Source of the DNA: Ylistrum balloti
Taxonomy: Eukaryota
DNA length: 64,000 nucleotides
Assembly (NCBI RefSeq): GCF_031769215.1
Contig: NW_026781975.1
Span: 620,001-684,000 of the forward strand
Direction of reading: 5' to 3'
A program made the position numbers and the translations under genes. Shown piece by piece: positions 18,939 to 32,068 of the stretch (the stretch's first letter is position 1; every line of letters begins with the position of its first letter). A model generated the notes under the pieces. The model was not told where the DNA came from, did not search any database, and worked only from the letters and a program-made list of their open reading frames with translations.

Positions 18939-21900
18939 ATGGCCAAGTTGAATGAAAAGGAGCTGCGAAGAGCTGTGAAAGGTTTGTTCTATGGTTTATT
19001 TGGTATCAGATAAATTGTATGTTAACATTGTAACTTGACGAAGTCAATAATTTCTATTATTTCAACATTAAAACTGTTCAAAAGTTACTGTCTTTTCCAG
19101 AGATGCTGAAGGGAGCGGACTTGAGTACTTTGTCCGCGAAAAAGATTCGACTAAAACTTCAAGAAAAATTCAACACAGATTTAACTGAAAGGTAAGGTTT
19201 ATGCTACAAAAATATCCTACAGAGATCATCAGAATATCTAATGGTTTACATTGCAAAATAACAACAAACAAAGTTCAAAAGACTTTTAAATTCATAGATA
19301 TTTTTATGTACATTGTACAGTTGGGGGTTTGTGTGCATGATTTGCCTATTCTTAATAGCATGACATAACCTCTTTATTTTTTCCAAGCAAAGCATACAAA
19401 ATCCAAAATAATGGCGAAACTGATTAAATAAAACACTTCGAATAATGCATGATGTACTTGTACACTGTACATGCAGTTAGTCACCCATGGGATCTGATGG
19501 TACATAGATTTGCTTCAGCAAAGTATATAGGAGAAGTATTAGCTTATAAAGTATGATTTAAAATTGGAACGTCATGATGTAATGCTAGTTTCATAATAAA
19601 AGGATATTTGTTGTACTCATCCAGTTTTTATGAAGAATGAGATACATATGTGTCTGGAAAAATTAATGGGTACACCAGAAAAAGCTCAACACACATAAGG
19701 CATATATGTAAAAATAATAAAATTGGAAACACTTCTGGTAAAATTATTGTTAAGTGCTTTTTTACCAAACTTTTCAGAAGTGCTCAAAAAAATACCTCAA
19801 ACAATCTGTACTCTTCCCTTACTGTTCAAAGCATCATTTTCTCCACTAGTCTTCCTGAGGATGCTTCTATAATCTCATCTAAATCACATGTCATTGATTT
19901 AGCACTTGATTATACTGGTAATTTATATCGAACATTATATTCAAGTTGATACAATCATGGTCTCAGACTTAAACAGTTTAAAGTCACAAAACTTAAAAAA
20001 TAAGGAATTTGTATGCAAGCTTGTTATTAAGAATACATATAGTATGTCAAACCAAAACATAGATTTATCTGGATCCCAGGACACATGGGAAACCCTAGCA
20101 ATGATACAGCTGCAGTTAAAAATGCTCTTAAGGTCCTTTACAAGATAACATTAAACTGCAGGATGATGACCCACCGGTCTGTTTTGTGCGCAATTCCATG
20201 ATTACAATGGAACATGTATTAATTGACTGCTCTGATTCTTTACAAATTGGATAGCTTTTCACCTAGGCTGGTATGGATGAAATACTAAATTATATTAGAG
20301 AGATTGGTGTCTTTTATGTAATTTGGCCCAGTGTTAAAAGTAGACTTACCTATTTGCTCCGGTCATAAACATATTTGTAACTACTTGTTATTTTAGCATT
20401 CATATGCTATTGTTTGGTTTTACTTTTAAATATGTTTCAATAAATTATTTAATGATTAAAGGAAAGAAAAGAAAAACAAAGCTCTGCACTGCATTTACAG
20501 CTGCATATGTTACCAAGAAAAAGATTGCTAAAAAGAAGACTTTGACCATGTTTACTCCTCTAACTCATTGATATGTATATATGTGATCAGTTTTCTGTCT
20601 ATAAGGGCATGTTATTGCAATCAGCTGGTTTCACTCAATTACCAGTTATATTGGTATTTGATGTGCCAAGCTTTTCTTAGATATGTTACTGAGATCAATT
20701 ACTGGATTTTCCACAAATTCTATATTATGAATTATTTTTAAAAACAAATCGCTGTAATCAACTAATGGTTATAGAAGACAAATTTTGTAGATTTTCAGCA
20801 GTAACTAATTTCGAGGCCATGAATGGTTGCTGGTAACATTGCTATATATAGTGCCATTTTATTGTAAAACTGCTAAGGAAGATTTGAAAGTAGTCATTAG
20901 AAGCAGAGAATTGTAGCTCCGACACTTGTTTGATTTATCAGTTTTCTGTCTGGGTCAGCTACTCCTAACTAGTTTTCTGTCTGGGTCAGCTACTACTAAC
21001 TAGTTTGGTTTGGTTCAGATTTGATTGTAGTCTATGGCTATTTTTCCTGTTGACCAGCTGTTGTAGGTTAATTAGCCATATCCACTTTGATTACTTCATC
21101 AAAAGAATAGGTCATAAGGTCATGTGATCAGCTCAATTACTAATGTCGAGATTTACCTCAGGGCTCCATCTTTTCTCTAATCTTTAATCAGGAAGAAAGA
21201 AATTGATACCATAGTTATGGAGTTACTTGATGATGACGAAGATAGTAATGATGATGATAAAAGTAATGGCAAAGATAAAAAGAAAGAGGAAGAAAAAGAA
21301 GAGGAAGAGGAGAGTGAAGAAGAGGAGGAGGAAGAAGAAGAGGTTGGTTTTATGACAAGTTTTGTTCTTGGATTTTTCAGCTCTTTCATATAATCATAGT
21401 ATGATGTGTCATCATGTACAGACTGAAATATAAATTATTTCCCTTGGAAAAATTTTTCTCAATATAATGCAGAATGACACCATATTCAGGTGACAAACAA
21501 GTATATCACCTTACAATAATAAGACTAGCAACATTAACAATAAGACTAGCAATAATTAATTTGCAATTTGATGATTAAATAACCCCCATATTGTTGCAAA
21601 ATAAATGTGAAAAAAGACAATAAGAAATTCAAGAAAATTCAAAATTGATCATATTTGAGACTCAGGCCAATTTGGGAAAGATTTGTTTGCTGATATTACA
21701 TTGCCCTGTAACAGTCTTCAGGATAATTTTTAGATGGAGTCTCCCTTTTGTAGCTGATATAGCCCAGATCTTAGAACAGTATATTGGAGGCCCACTGGAT
21801 ACACACATAACTTAAAGCAGATAACAAAATCAGCACCCTATTAATTTTGCTTTGCAGGAAGAGGAACCACCTAGAAAGAAACCCAAATCTCAAAGACAAA

Positions 21901-24900
21901 TAGAAAACGAGAGCTTGGGTGAGGTAACGGTAAGTGTCATTCTTTTCTTTTGGTCTGATTTTGATTTTATCAGGTTTTTGTCAGAGAAAAGCTAATAAGA
22001 TGTGGGATTTCTTTGGAATTATGGCAATAGTGTACCCTGACTTTTTCATGATAGGAGTATAAAAATAAAAAGATTTCCTCTACTTATCTTCCTACTTATC
22101 TGGCCGAAACAGGAAGACCAAGAACATTTATATCTCACCAGTGATCTTGTTGACATGTCAAATATCAAGTTCAGAAAAATATACCTGGCAGGTCAACCAA
22201 TACCTGACAAGAGTCTAAAGAATCATAACTATTAAAATCATACACGTAATAGAGCTCCATACTTCATGCAGGTGGCTGGGGGATCTTTAGCATCATTCCA
22301 ACCAATCGTCATTTTACTAAGAATATGTATAGAGGACTCTCTGCCAACGGTTGGGTCAGAATAGTAGAAACACGGATGTTTGTTTTAGGTCACAGTATAA
22401 ATGTACTAAAGGTAATTTCATTCAAATATAAGGCTTTCAATTATTTTATAGGATGGTATGGATGACGAAGAAATAGCACGACAACTACAGGAGGAAGAGA
22501 CTGGTCCTCGTCGTAGTAGCCGTACACCTAAACGACCACCTGTAGGTTATTTTTTAATACCCACTAAGTGTTGCATGCTAAGGCATCTTTTGTTACTATA
22601 AATTAAGTTAAGGTTCTCTCTGTTAAGTTTGTATATATTGCTTATCTTTCTTGATTTTTGTCTGACATTCAGCAAACTTGATGTTTTTTTAAATGTGTTA
22701 TGGACACATGTACTGCATCATACTCCTGCATCTCACTGAAATAAGAAAACTTTTAGTAACTTCTAAAAGTCTAGTGTTGCATGTTCAATTGTGTTTCAAG
22801 TATAGAGTCATATAATGTTACAAAATGTACATGTGAATAAAACAAAGGGAGATAATCAGATTACTAGTTCTCGGAGAGTAAGGATCAAATCGGAACACTA
22901 ACCTTTTACTTTCCTTAGAAAAATGAAGTATTCATGAAAGATTTCTTTGTATGGAAGTATGAACGAAAGATTTAAACAGTTATGATGAGTTATAAATGGA
23001 TCCTTGATAATGATAGGATGGTGATTGGATACAGTCAATTATTTAATTGAGTAACCTCATCTGATTTGATGATTAATTATAAATTTTTACGTATAATCAG
23101 TCGTCATTAATACTTTCTTGTGTTTCAGCAAAACTAAAATTGATATTAGGAGTAATAAAAAAGCCAATTATATTCATCGTTATGTTAAAAGTTAATTCTA
23201 GATAAGTAAGGTACCTGTATTTCATGTTAAAGTTTCAAATAAGAAAATGTTACTGCAACAGAGAATGTCTATTGAACACAGTCGATTATGTAAACAATTA
23301 ACTACATTGGAAAGCCTATCTAATTATAACCGTTAATCGATTATGGATTTTAACTGATTCCTGTTACAAATACCAGATTAACTGTTATCAAACACAACAA
23401 TGGGTTTTAACTGATGCCAATTACAAGTATCAGATTAACTGTTATCAAACACAACTAATGTTCTACCACCATTGGTTGTTTTGTTACTTGAATAAAATAA
23501 ATTTTGATAGGTGATACATATTTGACCACTTGAAAGGCAGTTGCCACAAATAGCTTTGCAATAGCTTTTTGTTCAGCAATGTCCTTCATGAATCCTTAAA
23601 CATTTTACATTTTTCAAATTCTGGAAAATGTTGAACCAATTTTCTATGAAATAGCGAAATTGTAAATGATATGTTCCTCACCGCTCAGGAACCTTAGAGC
23701 CTTGGCCAAAAATTCGAAAATCTTCTCAAAAATCAATAATCTTTATGGACAGAAGGGCCTAGAAGGGGTTTACTTAACATGTAAATTCCTTGACCCAGTT
23801 GCAACTTGAGTAAAACTCTTCTGTCTCTGTTTATAAACATTTTCTATTTTCTACACTAAAATTTCTTTCAAATTTTTTCAATTGTTGAGTTAATTCAGTT
23901 GACCTTTTGGGCTTCTGCACCTCTTGTTAGTTTAAACAATTTTATTATTAAGAAATTATTATAAAAAGTACTGAAACACTCAAGATCATCCAGAGTATAT
24001 GGCCTGTAGCCTGTTCAGGTAACCTTAAAGTACTTTGTGATATTTCAAATACACTTACCTGTAAGAAACTTCAGGTTCTTTGAAGACCAGAAATTTCAAT
24101 AATCTGGGATACTTCAAAATCTAGTTTCAATTATCTGATGTACACCAGATTGCATCTCACTACTTGATGTTAAAAGTGAATGTATAATATATTATTAATC
24201 TGTTTAGTATTCCTGACTGATAGCAAGCTGTTAATAACTCTCATTCTCGTTCATTCTTAATATTACATGGCATTTGATTTAAATACTGATAAAAAGTTGT
24301 GGCAGTATAACTACAACATACAACCCAGAATCTAATGAAAAACATGAATGATGTGAGTGACCCACAACTGACCCTGACGTGTCATGAAAATGATGTGAAG
24401 AACAATTATGTGAATGAGAAGTCAATAGACTTTCACTTCTTTTTTAATCTTATTGATGTCAAAAATTCCGACAAAATGTCTCAAATCTTTTCCAAAATGC
24501 TTAATGTTTAAATGTTAACTTATTTTGCTGCAAAATAATCTTAATATTCCATCTCAAGTTTCAAAATGCAATGGGGTTATCTCCTAAAAATTTGTCCAGA
24601 AGTTTGAAGCAATTCTGAATTTTCACATTTTCATGACCCCTGTACTAATAATTTGACCTTTAATCCTATTGTTTAGAAACCAAGCAAAAGAAGCAGAGAA
24701 TCTAAAGGCGATGGTGAACGAAAAGGTAAAGAAATGAAACAAAGGGAAAAACACAATTAAATTTACTTTGTAATAGAAAGGTTATTGTACCCTGATTCAA
24801 TATACATGCAGATTATACCAATTACAATGTTATTCTTGTTAGTTATGTAATATCCAGTTATGATTTTGCTGGAACTGAATTCAGTTTTGTACATCTGAGT

Positions 24901-27900
24901 ATATATGTCTGTATTTATCCTGCTTTAAGACTCAGATACTCAATTGATAAGTGAAAATATTCCTTCTTGTATCTCTCTGATCTTTGTTTCATCTCTAAGT
25001 AAAGAACCCTACTTCTACATCCTTTCTCATCAAGCCAATAAGACTATTCCATTTAGTTTATGTAATGTTTACATACCTGTTTCTCAATTAGTTTTAAAAA
25101 AAATGTTTTAATGTTGAAATTTTGGCAAATGAATGTTTTTGAGTCTTATATTCATTTTAAAAGTTATAAATTAAAGTTGTTTTATTATTGTTACTACAGT
25201 TTTCTTCTTACATTGAATATCGATGATCAAAAAGCTTTTAACATTCTGTCTTCATTTCCATCAATGTAGGACTGGGAAAATTGTGTTTAGTCGATGTCGA
25301 ATTTGTATCATGATGATAAAAATTGTTATTCAGATTTAAGAAATCAAAGCAAATTATTTGATTTTTGTAAGACAGGGCTAAGGAAATCCTTGTTTACTGT
25401 TTAAGTGTTTTATCATTTGTACATGAAAGTAAGGGCTATAGAAAACCTTGTGTTTGTTCGTGTTTTGTCGTTAAGGGCTTCGGGAAGCTATGTTTATAAT
25501 TGAAGTGTTTTTGTTTTGTATGTAATGGATATGGGAAGTGTTTTTTGTTTTGTATGTAAGGGATATCGGGAGTGGTTTTGTTTTGTATGTAAGGGATGTG
25601 GGAAGTGGTTTTGTTTTGTATGTAAGGGATATTGGAAGTGTTTTTGTTTTGTATGTAAGGGATATCGGGAGTGGTTTTGTTTTGTATGTAAGGGATATCG
25701 GGAGTGGTTTTGTTTTGTATGTAAGGGAATAGTGTTTTTGGGGAAGTGTTTTTGTTTTGTATGTAAGGGATATCGGGAGTGGTTTTGTTTTGTATGTAAG
25801 GGATATCGGGAGTGGTTTTGTTTTGTATGTAAGGGATATGGGAAGTGTTTTTGTTTTGTATGTAAGGGATATCGGGAGTGGTTTTGTTTTGTATGTAAGG
25901 GATATGGGAAGTGTTTTTGTTTTGTATGTAAGGGATATCGGGAGTGGTTTTGTTTTGTATGTAAGGGATATCGGGAGTGGTTTTGTTTTGTATGTAAGGG
26001 ATATCGGGAAGTGTTTTTGTTTTGTATATAAGGGATATCGGGAGTGGTTTTGTTTTGTATGTAAGGGATATCGGGAGTGGTTTTGTTTTGTATGTAAGGG
26101 ATATGGGAAGTGTTTTTGTTTTGTATGTAAGGGATATCGGGAGTGGTTTTGTTTTGTATGTAAGGGATATCGGGAGTGGTTTTGTTTTGTATGTAAGGGA
26201 TATCGGGAGTGGTTTTGTTTTGTATGTAAGGGATATCGGGAAGTGTTTTTGTTTTGTATGTAAGGGATATCGGGAGTGGTTTTGTTTTGTATGTAAGGGA
26301 TATCGGGAAGTGTTTTTGTTTTGTATGTAAGGGATATCGGGAGTGGTTTTGTTTTGTATGTAAGGGATATGGGAAGTGTTTTTTGTTTTGTATGTAAGGG
26401 ATATCGGGAGTGTTTTGTTTTGTATGTAAGGGATATCGGGAGTGGTTTTGTTTTGTATGTAAGGGATATGGGAAGTGTTTTTTGTTTTGTATGTAAGGGA
26501 TATCGGGAGTGGTTTTGTTTTGTATGTAAGGGATATCGGGAGTGGTTTTGTTTTGTATGTAAGGGATATGGGAAGTGTTTTTTGTTTTGTATGTAAGGGA
26601 TATCGTTTTGGAGTGGTTTTGTTTTGTATGTAAGGGATATCGGGAGTGGTTTTGTTTTGTATGTAAGGGATATGGGAAGTGTTTTTTGTTTTGTATGTAA
26701 GGGATATCGGGAGTGGTTTTGTTTTGTATGTAAGGGATATGGGAAGTGTTTTTTGTTTTGTATGTAAGGGATATCGGGAGTGGTTTTGTTTTGTATGTAA
26801 GGGATATGGGAAGTGTTTTTTGTTTTGTATGTAAAGGATATGGGAAGTTTATTGTTTAAGTGTTATTGTTTTGAAATTAAGATTATGGACAGCCTTGTTT
26901 ATGATTGAAGTGTTTTCATTTTTGTAGTTAAAGGCTATGGGAAGGCTTACTTACTGTCTTTGTGTATGTGGTTTTTATATAAGGGCTTTGGAAGGCTTGT
27001 TTTTGATTTTAGTGTTTGTAATTTGTAGGTAAGGGCTATGGGAAGCCTTGTTTACTGTCTCCAGCACTGGCTGACATCATGGGTACTGATCAGGTGAATA
27101 TTCACTCTCAGTTTCTATAAACAACACAACTAGAAATATTTCTGTTTTGATATAAATCAACTTCTTATTTTGTATCTAACAGTTTAAAAGAAGTAGATAT
27201 TTTTTTCTTTTAAACCAATTAGAAATCAACCAGGTATTGAATAATTTTAAAGGCATGAAAGTTTCCGACTAAGTAGTAGTGTTTGATAACTAGATAATTT
27301 GTAGCTGATTGAAATGGGGTCATACAAATACATGTTGTAGGTAAACAATCTATCATCATCTAAAAATATAGGCTATAGGTAAAAAATTGATATGTTCAAA
27401 TAGAGGCTTAAGATACAATTCAGGTTTTGGGTAAAAAATTAATTGTTCAACCACAAATACAGACATAAGGTAAACAATCGTTGCAGTCATCCACAGATAC
27501 AGGCAATAAATAGCCAGTCAGTAGGATCATCAACAAATATAAATAAGTCATACACAAACACATGGTAACCAGTTGATGCAGTCATACACAGACACAAGGT
27601 AACCAGTTGATGCAGTCATACACAGACACATGGTAACCAGTTGATGCAGTCATACACAGACACATGGTAACCAGTTGATGCAGTCATACACAGACACATG
27701 GTAACCAGTTGATGCAGTCATACACAGACACATGGTAACCAGTTGATGCAGTCATACACAGACACATGGTAACCAGTTGATGCAGTCATACACAGACACA
27801 TGGTAACCAGTTGATGCAGTCATACACAGACACATGGTAACCAGTTGATGCAGTCATACACAGACACATGGTAACCAGTTGATGCACTCATACACAGATA

Positions 27901-30900
27901 CATGGTAACCAGTTGATGCAGTCATACACAGACACATGGTAACCAGTTGATGCAGTCATACACAGATACATGGTAACCAGTTGATGCAGTTATACACAGA
28001 CACAAGGTAAATGTAACCAGTTGATGCAGTCATACACAGACACATGGTAAATGTAACTAATTGATGCAGTCATACACAGACACATGGTAAATGTAACTAA
28101 TTGATGCAGTCATACACAGACACATGGTAAATGTAACTAATTGATGCAGTCATACACAGACACATGGTAAATGTAACTAATTGATGCAGTCATACACAGA
28201 CACATGGTAAATGTAACTAATTGATGCAGTCATACACAGACACATGGTAAATGTAACTAATTGATGCAGTCATACACAGACACATGGTAAATGTAACTAA
28301 TTGATGCAGTCATACACAGACACATGGTAAATGTAACTAATTGATGCAGTCATACACAGACACATGGTAAATGTAACTAATTGATGCAGTCATACACAGA
28401 CACATGGTAAATGTAACTAATTGATGCAGTCATACACAGACACATGGTAAATGTAACTAATTGATGCAGTCATACACAGACACATGGTAAATGTAACTAA
28501 TTGATGCAGTCATACACAGACACATGGTAAATGTAACTAATTGATGCAGTCATACACAGACACATGGTAAATGTAACTAATTGATGCAGTCATACACAGA
28601 CACATGGTAAATGTAACTAATTGATGCAGTCATACACAGACACATGGTAAATGTAACTAATTGATGCAGTCATACACAGATATTTGGTAAATGTGGATTA
28701 ATCAGTGAGGTCATCCACTAATCACTTAATTATCACATATATTTAATTATTAAGACAATTGTAACATTTTGTAAATATTTTCAAATTTGCAACACGAATA
28801 CGAAGTATCAAACTGAATTTTGAGCTTGTAAGATGAAGAAAAGACCCCAAACTTTACTGAATTTCTTTTTAGATATTTTGCGGGTCAGTGTTCAGGAGAA
28901 TAAATATATATATGTGTTACTGCAATAAATTCTGTACATATTCTTAGCAGATGTACCAATGGTTGTCATCTAATTTGCTAATATATTGGCGATATTATTG
29001 TTTTATGCTCTCATATAATCTTGGTAAACATAGTGTAAATCTACATAATTTAGTGGTACATATTTTAGTGCTTTTTATTTTGAAAGATTTATGCTTAAAT
29101 ATGATCAACCTAATGGTATTGCATTTACATAATTCATAATTTCATAAGCTAGTTTGTTCAGAATTGATGAAGGGCTGAAATTTAATTGCAATAAAATAAC
29201 TTTGTTAAAGGTAGATGAATTTTGGGTGGATGTTGTACACATGTCAAAACATTTTTTCCATTGTGTTATCACTGTTGTATAAAACTTGTTTATTTTTATC
29301 AACAGATGCCCAGATGTGATGTTGTGAAAAAAATTTATGAAATTGCCAAGGAAAGCAGTCTTCTGGTAAATAAAACCAAAGCAATGAATATTCTAATTTT
29401 GTTAATCATAAGCTAAGTGGTGGAAGAATAACTTAACTCATAGCAATGCATTAATGCTTGCCATAGTTTAATGGTGGATTTTTGTTCAACGGATTTGAAG
29501 ATCAAATTTTGAAAACTAACTTTATTGCTGTGATGATTCTGACTGAGACACGTTCTATGCTTGTTTCTCTATTTTTCAGGACCCAAAGAACAAACAGTAT
29601 ATGATCTGTAATGATGACTTATTTCGTGTGTTTGGTAAGATATTTATGATGTGATATTACAGTCTACAGTAATGTCAAAGGGTTCAAAACTGTCAGTCCA
29701 AGTACGATTGCCATGCTATTTTAAACTGGTTTAAATTCTATTTCACTAGCAAATCTGGTGTTCAGTGGAGGTAGGAAATGTTGGTCTTGGTTCTTGATCC
29801 ATCCTCACCAGTACCAAAAAATTGTCAGAGTGTGACCAGGTGACTGGAACAGACTTGTATACATTATATGCAAAAGTTGCTTGAGGTCTGCAGCCAGTCT
29901 TCGTCAGCTTCATACTGATTCTGTTTTGTATTTAATGAATAAACCCTATTATTGTATAACCTGTTTTGAGGTCAAGATATAAAGCCAAAGGAAATTGGTT
30001 GGAATTGAAATAAAAGTTAATTCAATTTTTACCAAATGTTCTTTTTAAGATATTAAACTTGGGTAAGGTTGGGAGATATACAGAAAGACTTTGTGTGTTT
30101 GTCTGTACACACATCCGCGCATATGTGATAACAAGATATCTCATTAAGGGATTAGAAAATTCATATGTGATAACAAGATATCTCATTAAGGGATTAGAAA
30201 ATTCAGTACATATTCTCACCATAGCATCACCCCACTAAGGTCTACACCTGATAAGATCTACAGTGCCCCTGATTACTTTGTTTTTATTTCCATTTCATGC
30301 ACATTTTGATTTATAAATCCCTTAAGTTTTTTTTTTTAGATCACTTGGCCCAAAGGCGATCCGGGAAATCAGTTCTGTAATAAATGTAGGTCTCGGCCCC
30401 ATGGGGACTTAGGGGCAGGACCCAAAAGGGGAAATAGAATAAATTCTTTAAAATCCTTCTTCTGCTGTAGGAATACCTTGATGTTGTCCCAATTTGGCCT
30501 AATGCATGTTTAGGTAAAGAGGTATCAAATTTGTAGGAACGATGGATCTCAGCCTTGTATAGGGGGAATGATTGAACCCAATAGGGAAAGTAGACAAACT
30601 CTTCTAGATTATTCTTCTTACATAGGAATGCCTAGATTCTGTCCCAATTTGGTGTGAGACATGCTTGGGAAAAGAGGATCAATTTTGTATGAGCAGTGGC
30701 CTATTGGGTCAGAAGGGTAGGGCCATATAGTGGACATACAGCAAATTCTTTGAAATCTGTATTATGTTGAGAACTTAGATATTTTCAGATAGCTGCATTA
30801 AAGCCCTTTTAAAGGAGGGTCAAGACTGTTACGGGAAAAGAGATACAAGTGTTTTAAATAATTTTCTCTTGGTCAAAATAAATCAGTTTCAGCAAAGTAA

Positions 30901-31492
30901 ACCAGATGAACAATACAGGCCCTTTGGGACTCATTTTTGTCCATATTGTTGGTCTGCTTTCATATAATCTCATTTGAAATGTAAACTTATGTAAGATCAT
31001 ACATGGATATTTCCCCTTGTTATCTCTCACAGAGTTGTAGTGGAGGTGATTTCTTGGCAAGTTAGTGTTTGATACTTAGCATTAATGATTTGAGTTTGAA
31101 AGATTTATCTTGTACATCTACTTGTCTTTGACCTCCACTGAGGTATTTGTGTTCATGTTTACCAAGCTGTATAGTGATATTGTGATATCCTGGTTCCTCC
31201 ACCATGTGTATGATGAACTTAAAGTATATCAAATAAACAAAACAAATTCAGACTTTTTCTCCCTCTTCCAAAACCAAATTATACTATACAGTGTGCATGA
31301 ATCACACAAATACCTATATAACTACATACATGATACAAATGTTTGAAGTTTGTGTTTTCTAGCATCTGACAAACTGAAGACAAAAAATAACACTCTGACA
31401 ATGTTGTAGGTAAGCGACGAGTGCGTATGTTTGGAATGATGAAACATTTGACTGACCACATTACAGACCCTCACAAGATTGATAAAAGCTGA
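18939..31492 (+). CDS. spp27: DEK-C + acidic linker + SWIB/MDM2 domain protein (upstream activation factor subunit UAF30/spp27-like), 252 aa
   Basis: Ten exons: 18939-18981, 19101-19191, 21192-21342, 21858-21929, 22452-22541, 24677-24725, 27029-27093, 29306-29365, 29580-29634, 31410-31492 (759 nt). DEK-C region: MAKLNEKELRRAVKEMLKGADLSTLSAKKIRLKLQEKFNTDLTERKKEIDTIVM. SWIB region: LLSPALADIMGTDQMPRCDVVKKIYEIAKESSLLDPKNKQYMICNDDLFRVFGKRRVRMFGMMKHL. The symbol is a family label, not demonstrated orthology. Confidence 0.92.
23500..23928 (-). mobile_element. Probable non-autonomous HINE/MITE-like element (degenerate)
   Basis: Ends in ...gggcttctgcacctcttgtt, the reverse of an aacaagagg-type 5' end. 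Internal cttgacc/aaaatcttct motifs are typical of these elements. Boundaries are approximate. Confidence 0.4.
25505..26850 (+). repeat. 33-34-bp minisatellite, about 40 copies, in intron 6 of the SWIB gene
   Basis: Unit gatatcgggagtggttttgttttgtatgtaagg and its variant gatatgggaagtgtttttgttttgtatgtaagg. It explains the CFVCKGYREW and VLYVRDIGSG ORFs. Confidence 0.97.
27548..28690 (+). repeat. Two-part minisatellite: 34-bp units changing to 40-bp units
   Basis: gtcatacacagacacatggtaaccagttgatgca runs to about 28005, then gtcatacacagacacatggtaaatgtaactaattgatgca runs to about 28690. Confidence 0.97.
30327..30830. mobile_element. Probable HINE-like non-autonomous element
   Basis: Starts with ttttttagatcacttggcccaaagg, a T-tract plus hairpin end like that at 61430-61468, and has repeated tcttct/ccaatttgg cores. 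The far boundary is approximate. Confidence 0.45.
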
Positions 31493-31920
31493 TAAATCTT
31501 GGACAAGGTGTGCTAGATGATATGGTAAGTGATTTCCATATGCTTTTATCTCAATATTGCAGTTTATTATAATATTATTGTATTGCTTGTGAGAATGTAG
31601 TTAACCTGGTGACAAGTTGTCAGGGGTTTTGATCCACCTGTTTGTATGTAAATATGTATCGATGACTTCATTGCTTTGCTGAATTTATTTAGGATAAGAT
31701 TGTTTTAAGCACATCTCCACAGTACCAGCTTCTTAATTCAATATTTTCCTTTGGTTTGGAAACTAATTAGTCCCTCATAAAAGATGGCTTTTTAGCATGC
31801 TGTTAATAGATGGTGGAGTATTCAAATTACACCCCATCCATAGTCAGTTCCTCTTAACAATTCTTGTTATCATGATTTCAGAAGATGTACTGGATGATGC
31901 ATTCTCAGAACTCCTACATA

Positions 31921-32068
31921 GGTCCCCCTTGGATCTTTCAGAATAGGTCCCCCTTGGGTCTTTCAGAATAGGTCCCCCGTGGGTCTTTCAGAATAGGTCC
32001 CCCTGGGGTCTTTCAGAATAGGTTCCCCTTGGGTCTTTCAGAATAGGTCCCCCTTGGGTCTTTCAGAA
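31921..32068 (+). repeat. 25-bp minisatellite, about 6 copies
   Basis: Repeats of ggtcccccttgggtctttcagaata. Confidence 0.95.

Noticed and set aside
21177-21389. Ser-rich minus-strand ORF
   Set aside because: Antisense of the Glu/Asp-rich exon 3 of the SWIB gene.
25516-26596. CFVCKGYREW-repeat ORFs that look like CxxC metal-binding repeats
   Set aside because: They are translations of an intronic 33-34-bp minisatellite with frequent frameshifts.
27548-28690. Regular direct repeats superficially like a CRISPR array (also 42852-43770 and 48483-48875)
   Set aside because: They are head-to-tail tandem units with no unique spacers and no cas genes, in a eukaryotic intron or spacer context.
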